Shown here piece by piece: positions 5,657 through 9,616 of a DNA stretch of 9,616 nucleotides; position 1 is the first letter of the stretch, and every line of letters starts with the position of its first letter. The notes below the pieces were generated by a model, which was given only the letters and a program-made list of their open reading frames with translations, ran no database searches and was not told where the DNA came from. The stretch is taken from the NCBI GenBank assembly GCA_964457525.1, contig CAYWGS010000056.1, positions 1 through 9,616 on the forward strand, given 5' to 3'. The position numbers and the translations under genes are program-made. This stretch comes from an uncultured Erysipelotrichaceae bacterium (lineage in GTDB: Bacteria > Bacillota_I > Bacilli_A > Erysipelotrichales > Erysipelotrichaceae).

Positions 5657-5677
5657 AAAAAGGCGCTAAGCCTTTTT
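5657..5677 (-). terminator. Rho-independent terminator (T-right) of the DUF805-rmuC-DUF898 operon
   Basis: AAAAAGGC (5657-5664), loop GCTAA, GCCTTTTT (5670-5677). It lies 4 nt downstream of the DUF898-like stop codon on the minus strand. It is 19/21 identical to 4128-4148. Confidence 0.75.
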
Positions 5678-5681
5678 GTGT

Positions 5682-5984
5682 TTATGCAAAGTGTGTATGT
5701 TTTGTTTTCCATTTCTGTAGGTCAATTCCGACCCAGAAACTATAGATTCCAAAGGTAATAATAATCAGTAACAACCATTTGATCCATGTACCAAACAAGC
5801 CCATGGCAGTTCCTTCAAAGCGAAGTCGTTTTCCATCGATAATGGTGTGACTGGTCATCCATTTCTGATATAAGACAATGGCCCAAGGATAACAGATACC
5901 AAAGGTTAGAACGGTGATTAGAAACCTAAGGATTTGGATACCAATCAGGCCTAATAAACCTCCATCAAACTTCGAATTATTCAT
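5682..5984 (-). CDS. Small membrane protein, DUF898 (YjgN)-like
   Basis: 100 aa with about three hydrophobic helices. The pattern TFGICYPWA ... RLRFEGT ... TFGIYSFW resembles the repeated TLGIYxPW / F-x-G motifs of the DUF898 family. Its ATG overlaps the rmuC stop (ATGAATAA, 5977-5984). Family assignment is by eye only. Confidence 0.65.
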   Translation of the reverse strand: MNNSKFDGGLLGLIGIQILRFLITVLTFGICYPWAIVLYQKWMTSHTIIDGKRLRFEGTAMGLFGTWIKWLLLIIITFGIYSFWVGIDLQKWKTKHTHFA

Positions 5985-7263
5985 CGTTCGTGTCCTCTTC
6001 TAGTAATATTTCTGGTTTAACTTCAAGGGTTGATACATTCTTGAGTTTGGATTGAATCATACGGGTACGAACACCAACAAGTTTATCCAATTCTTCACTG
6101 GTCTTTGTTAGTTTATCTTGTGCACTTTGTAGTACATTACCAAATTTCTCGAACTCTGCTTTAACCGATGATAAGGTACTCCATACTTCTCCACTTCGTT
6201 TTTGAATCGCAAGTGTCTTAAAGCCCATTTGTAGGCTGTTTAAGAGGGCTGCCATCGTAGTAGGTCCTGCAATGTTAATTTGGTAATCACGTTGTAGGAC
6301 TTCAACTAAACCGCGTTGTACGACTTCTGCGTATAAACCTTCGGTTGGTAAGAATAGGATAGCGAATTCTGTGGTATATGGGATACGTACATATTTTTCT
6401 TTGATGTCTTTTGCGAATGTTTTAATCTTCGTTTCGAGTGATTTCCAGGATTGATCAATGAGTGCTTTATCCCCAATCTCACTCGCATTCATCAGTCTTA
6501 CATAATCTTCAGTCGGAAATTTGGAGTCTATTGGAAGATAGACGGGTCCACTTTCATCACCGGGTAATTTGACCGCAAATTCAACTGGGTTCTTAGTGCC
6601 TGGAATGGTCACATAGTTTTCAACGTATTGTTCTGGGGAGAGGATTTGTTCAAGGATGGATCCGAGTTGAATTTCACCTAACATACCACGTGTTTTAACA
6701 TTGGATAGAATCTTCGTTAAATCCCCAACTTCTACCCCAATCTTACGCATTTCACCTAATCCTTTATATACTGCTTCAAGTTGTTCAGAAACTTGTTTGA
6801 AGGATTGTGAGATACGATCTTCTAAGGTCTTTTGTAGTTTCTCATCTACGGTCATACGCATTTCATCTAACTTCTTACTGTTTTCTTCTTGAAGTGAGGA
6901 TAATCGTTTTTCTACCGTCTCACGAATCTGGTTTAACTTCTGTTCATTGGATAAACCGGTATTCGTCAATGTCGTATTCATTTGACTGAGTGTTGTATAG
7001 ACGGTGTTTTGCAAAGCTTCTTGGTTGAGCTTAAGGAGTGTGGTTAAGTCGGATAAGCGTTTATCTAAGACTTGATTAGTTTCCTTGTTGGTATTGCTTA
7101 ATACCGTACTAAAGGTTGTGAGGGATCGTTGATTGTCATCTTTGAGATCATTCTCCATGTCTCTTAAATCACTCTTAAGCGCATCGTTATTTGGTTTCTT
7201 GAGTAATAAAACAATGAGTAATACAATAATTATTCCAATGCCTATAAGTATGTAAATTTCCAT
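5977..7263 (-). CDS. rmuC: DNA recombination protein RmuC (N-terminal TM anchor, long coiled coil, C-terminal RmuC nuclease-fold domain)
   Basis: RmuC-family motifs are present: VEFAVKLPGDESGPVYLPIDSKFPTEDY and FAILFLPTEGLYAEV. The N-terminus is hydrophobic (MEIYILIGIGIIIVLLIVLLL). The track ORF starts at 7293. The ATG at 7263 is preferred because it is preceded by SD AAGGGGG and avoids overlap with the upstream gene. Confidence 0.9.
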   Translation of the reverse strand: MEIYILIGIGIIIVLLIVLLLKKPNNDALKSDLRDMENDLKDDNQRSLTTFSTVLSNTNKETNQVLDKRLSDLTTLLKLNQEALQNTVYTTLSQMNTTLTNTGLSNEQKLNQIRETVEKRLSSLQEENSKKLDEMRMTVDEKLQKTLEDRISQSFKQVSEQLEAVYKGLGEMRKIGVEVGDLTKILSNVKTRGMLGEIQLGSILEQILSPEQYVENYVTIPGTKNPVEFAVKLPGDESGPVYLPIDSKFPTEDYVRLMNASEIGDKALIDQSWKSLETKIKTFAKDIKEKYVRIPYTTEFAILFLPTEGLYAEVVQRGLVEVLQRDYQINIAGPTTMAALLNSLQMGFKTLAIQKRSGEVWSTLSSVKAEFEKFGNVLQSAQDKLTKTSEELDKLVGVRTRMIQSKLKNVSTLEVKPEILLEEDTNDE

Positions 7264-7273
7264 AATACCCCCT

Positions 7274-7768
7274 TTATGATTGATATGGACCATATCGATT
7301 ATCGTATGGTGTTCCTGGTAGTGCGAGTAAGATAATAACAGCTATGTTTCCAATCCATGGAATAAAGTTAAAGAGCAAGAAGTATCCGGATCGATCTTGA
7401 TCATGAAGTCTTCTGACTGACATGGCTAGGATTGGGATAAGCATGAAGGTTGAATAGATAAAACTGCTAAAGATCAGTACGCATACGAGTAAGTAAGACA
7501 AGACACTTTCGATTAATACAGTTAGGAGTGATAATCCAATAAATAATCCAACAAACACGATAATTGAATTCGCTAACATGAACATCCAGAAGTCTCTTCT
7601 GGAACAACGTCCATTGAAATTAGCGTATTGTTTGAGTGCATTAATATAGTATTGAAATAAGCGAGTACTCGCATTCGACTTTGTTATTTCAAGTGGTTTT
7701 CCACAGTGCTCGCAGTTTAATTCCTTTGAGGTGGTTTCGAGTCCACAGTACGTACAGATTCTTGCCAT
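7274..7768 (-). CDS. DUF805-family membrane protein with N-terminal zinc ribbon
   Basis: The zinc ribbon is CTYCG...CEHCG. DUF805 hallmarks are [35 protein letters not shown] and [10 protein letters not shown], with several TM helices. The track start is GTG 7780. ATG 7768 is preferred because GGAGG (7774-7778) lies 5 nt upstream. Confidence 0.8.
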   Translation of the reverse strand: MARICTYCGLETTSKELNCEHCGKPLEITKSNASTRLFQYYINALKQYANFNGRCSRRDFWMFMLANSIIVFVGLFIGLSLLTVLIESVLSYLLVCVLIFSSFIYSTFMLIPILAMSVRRLHDQDRSGYFLLFNFIPWIGNIAVIILLALPGTPYDNRYGPYQS

Positions 7769-7791
7769 AAGATCCTCCACATTTAGTATAT

Positions 7792-7820
7792 ACTATAGGG
7801 TAAAAACATGTCATAATCAA
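7792..7820 (-). promoter_or_regulatory. Putative sigma-A promoter of the DUF805-rmuC-DUF898 operon
   Basis: The minus strand reads TTGATT (plus 7815-7820), a 17-nt spacer, then TATAGT (plus 7792-7797). It lies about 15 nt upstream of the SD. Confidence 0.5.
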
Positions 7821-7847
7821 AGACATTTTTATTTTGGGTGGTATAAT
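7820..7847 (+). promoter_or_regulatory. Putative sigma-A promoter of udp
   Basis: -35-like AAGACA (7820-7825), a 16-nt spacer, then an extended -10 TGgTATAAT (7839-7847). It is back to back with the minus-strand promoter. Confidence 0.5.
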
Positions 7848-7883
7848 ACTTGTACAGAACTTTTAAAGGCTAGGAGGATTAAT

Positions 7884-8654
7884 ATGGCTACAGTTTATTC
7901 AGAAAAAGAATATCATGTTCAATTAGAAAAAGGTGATGTAGGGGAATACGTCATTCTTCCAGGAGACCCAGGTCGTTGTGAGAAGATTGCTCAGTATTTT
8001 GATGAACCTGCTCATGTTATGACCAATCGTGAATATGTTACTTATACAGGTAAATTAAATGGTGTTAAAGTCAGTGTTACTTCAACCGGTATTGGAGGTC
8101 CATCTGCAGCGATTGCGTTAGAAGAACTCATTCATTGTGGCGCTCATACCTTCATTCGTGTTGGTACATCCGGTGGTATGCAACCAGAAGTATTAGGTGG
8201 GGATGTTGTGATTGCGACAGGCGCAATTCGTTTGGATGGTACAAGTAAAGAGTATGCTCCAGTTGAATTCCCAGCGGTTGCGAACTTTGATGTTGTTCAA
8301 GCATTAAGAGAAAGTGCTAAGGACTTAAATATTCCGAGTCATACGGGTGTTGTTCAATGTAAGGATAACTTCTATGGTCAACATTCTCCTGAATCGATGC
8401 CAATTGCTTCTGAGTTAAATGCTAAGTGGGAAGCTTGGATTCGTGCTGGTGCATTAACATCCGAAATGGAGTCTGCTACATTATTTGTTGTTGGTTCGAC
8501 TCGTCGTGTACGTGTTGGAGCTGTTCTATTGGTTGTGGCTAATCAAACACGTCGTGCATTAGGTTTAGAAGATATTCAAGTTCATGATACAGAGGCCGCA
8601 ATACGTGTTGCGGTTGAAGCGATTAGAAAGTTAATCGAACAAGATAAGAAGTAA
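7884..8654 (+). CDS. udp: Uridine phosphorylase (nucleoside phosphorylase family NP-I)
   Basis: 256 aa counted from the ATG at 7884, with SD AGGAGG at 7872-7877. It shows extended similarity to E. coli Udp blocks: [58 protein letters not shown] and SEMESATLF. The longer track ORF from 7731 is an upstream read-through artefact. Confidence 0.85.
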   Translation: MATVYSEKEYHVQLEKGDVGEYVILPGDPGRCEKIAQYFDEPAHVMTNREYVTYTGKLNGVKVSVTSTGIGGPSAAIALEELIHCGAHTFIRVGTSGGMQPEVLGGDVVIATGAIRLDGTSKEYAPVEFPAVANFDVVQALRESAKDLNIPSHTGVVQCKDNFYGQHSPESMPIASELNAKWEAWIRAGALTSEMESATLFVVGSTRRVRVGAVLLVVANQTRRALGLEDIQVHDTEAAIRVAVEAIRKLIEQDKK

Positions 8655-8655
8655 T

Positions 8656-8685
8656 AACCTTAACTCATATTAAGGTTTTTTATTT
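8656..8685 (+). terminator. Rho-independent terminator of udp
   Basis: Stem AACCTTAA (8656-8663) / TTAAGGTT (8670-8677) with a 6-nt loop, followed by TTTTTATTTT. Confidence 0.8.
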
Positions 8686-8713
8686 TGGGCTTTGTTGTTT
8701 ATAAAGGAGAATT

Positions 8714-9370
8714 ATGAAGCGATTATATATATTTGATATGGATGGATTACTTCTTGATACTGAGACACTCTATCAACAATTCTGGTTTAAAGTATTACAA
8801 GAGAAGAATATTGATATTACGCGAGAAGAACTTAGAAAGATTATTGGTATGAGTTATGATCAAGCTAAGAATTATTTCTTGAATTATGTTGATACGGAAG
8901 AAGAATTTATTGAACTTAGACAAAGACGAGAAGTCTACTTCTGGGAACATGTAGAAAACATAGGTATGCCGCTTAGAGAAGGGGCAGATCAAATACTGAG
9001 TTACTTGATAGAAAATAAAATCAAGACAGCACTTATCACTTCTACTGAGGAACAACGTGCTAAGAAACTAATGAATATTGCAGGGCTCAATCATACCTTT
9101 GATTACATGGTCTTTAGTAATATGGTAACTAAGACAAAACCTGATCCTGAAATGTATCATTATTTAGAGAAACTTACGGATATTGATATGAGTGAATGGA
9201 TTGTATTTGAAGACTCTTACAGTGGATTAAAGGCTGCGAACAATGCAGGGGTTGATGTGGTGTGGATCAAAGATTTAGCCATTCTCATGGATGATAATGT
9301 GAGTTATAAGCAGATGCATAGTTCATTACTCGATGTCTTAGCAAACATGGAGATGATTGAAAACATGTAA
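8714..9370 (+). CDS. HAD-superfamily hydrolase, subfamily IA (phosphatase / beta-phosphoglucomutase-like)
   Basis: HAD motif I is FDMDGLLLDTE, motif II LITSTE, motif III K..KPDPE, and motif IV FEDSYSGLKAANNAG. SD AAAGGAG lies upstream of the ATG. Substrate cannot be inferred. Confidence 0.85.
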   Translation: MKRLYIFDMDGLLLDTETLYQQFWFKVLQEKNIDITREELRKIIGMSYDQAKNYFLNYVDTEEEFIELRQRREVYFWEHVENIGMPLREGADQILSYLIENKIKTALITSTEEQRAKKLMNIAGLNHTFDYMVFSNMVTKTKPDPEMYHYLEKLTDIDMSEWIVFEDSYSGLKAANNAGVDVVWIKDLAILMDDNVSYKQMHSSLLDVLANMEMIENM

Positions 9371-9380
9371 TTATACAAAA

Positions 9381-9416
9381 ACAGACCTATCTCAGGAATG
9401 ATGGGTCTGTTTTTGT
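9381..9416 (+). terminator. Rho-independent terminator of the HAD gene
   Basis: Stem ACAGACC (9381-9387) / GGTCTGT (9404-9410), extendable by two further pairs, followed by TTTTTGTTT. Confidence 0.75.
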
Positions 9417-9616
9417 TTGGGGAAGTAAAATTGAGGGGATACTTCCTATTTATATATCGTATATTTATGGAGAAACTTAAGGAATGTTGATATAAAGTCA
9501 ATATTGCATAGATAGTGAGTAAATAAGAGAATGCAAGAAAAGTGGACATTTTATTAAATAGAGTCGTTCTCTATCGAAATAGCATACAATGTTCAGAACC
9601 ATAATATTAAGTAATG

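Noticed and set aside
4128-5677. T+R composites as terminal inverted repeats of a transposon or MITE
   Set aside because: In inverted alignment only about 21/33 positions of R match, compared with 30/33 in direct alignment. The hairpin loops also match better in direct orientation (3/5 against 1/5). No transposase is present. Direct repeats are the better description.
6306-6989. ORFs 6306..6488 (-), 6701..6892 (+) and 6807..6989 (+) inside rmuC
   Set aside because: These are off-frame or antisense shadows within the well-supported rmuC frame.
7264-7293. 10-codon N-terminal extension of RmuC ([10 protein letters not shown])
   Set aside because: It would overlap the DUF805 gene by 20 nt and contains the SD (AAGGGGG) that serves the ATG at 7263. 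The shorter start begins directly with the TM helix.
7731-7883. 51-codon N-terminal extension of the udp ORF, overlapping the divergent gene and both promoters
   Set aside because: This stretch has no homology-like content. AGGAGG plus the ATG at 7884 gives a normal Udp N-terminus.
8795-9549. ORFs 8795..9055 (-) and 9304..9549 (-)
   Set aside because: The first is antisense to the HAD gene. The second has no SD and runs through the HAD terminator into the HAD coding region. Both have low-complexity, shadow-like sequence.
9421-9616. Hairpins GGAAGTA...TACTTCC (9421-9446) and ATAGAG...CTCTAT (9560-9576), plus very short ORFs at the right edge
   Set aside because: The stems are short, have no T-run, and have no clear associated gene. 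The ORFs are 3 to 34 codons with no SD. There is too little context at the window edge to call anything.
1-9616. CRISPR arrays, tRNA/rRNA genes, IS elements and prophage genes
   Set aside because: I found no regularly spaced repeats, no cloverleaf-like or rRNA-like segments, and no transposase, integrase or phage structural ORFs on either strand.

Overview
This looks like a low-GC Gram-positive (Bacillota-type) chromosomal segment, judged from AGGAGG-like SD sequences and hairpin plus T-run terminators. Finer taxonomy cannot be established from the sequence alone.

Left to right:
- The last 16 codons of an unknown + strand gene.
- Three small minus-strand membrane-protein genes: a 42-aa peptide ORF absent from the supplied track, a 79-aa two-TM protein, and a two-TM protein with a C-terminal zinc ribbon.
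- A cobalamin riboswitch leading into nrdD-nrdG (class III anaerobic ribonucleotide reductase plus its radical-SAM activase).
- A ~1.5-kb single-gene segment encoding an ATPase-wHTH-DUF234 (restriction-endonuclease-fold) protein. It is bracketed by 33-bp direct repeats and by twin, near-identical terminator hairpins.
- A tightly coupled minus-strand operon: zinc-ribbon/DUF805 membrane protein, then rmuC, then a DUF898-like membrane protein.
- Divergently transcribed udp (uridine phosphorylase), followed by a HAD-family phosphatase.

I saw no rRNA, tRNA, CRISPR array, transposase or integrase.

The best candidate for something new is the repeat-bracketed ATPase-wHTH-nuclease cassette at 4128-5677, wedged between two convergent housekeeping operons. 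The membrane-anchored RmuC three-gene operon is the second candidate. Family assignments rest on motif recognition by eye and need HMM or BLAST confirmation.
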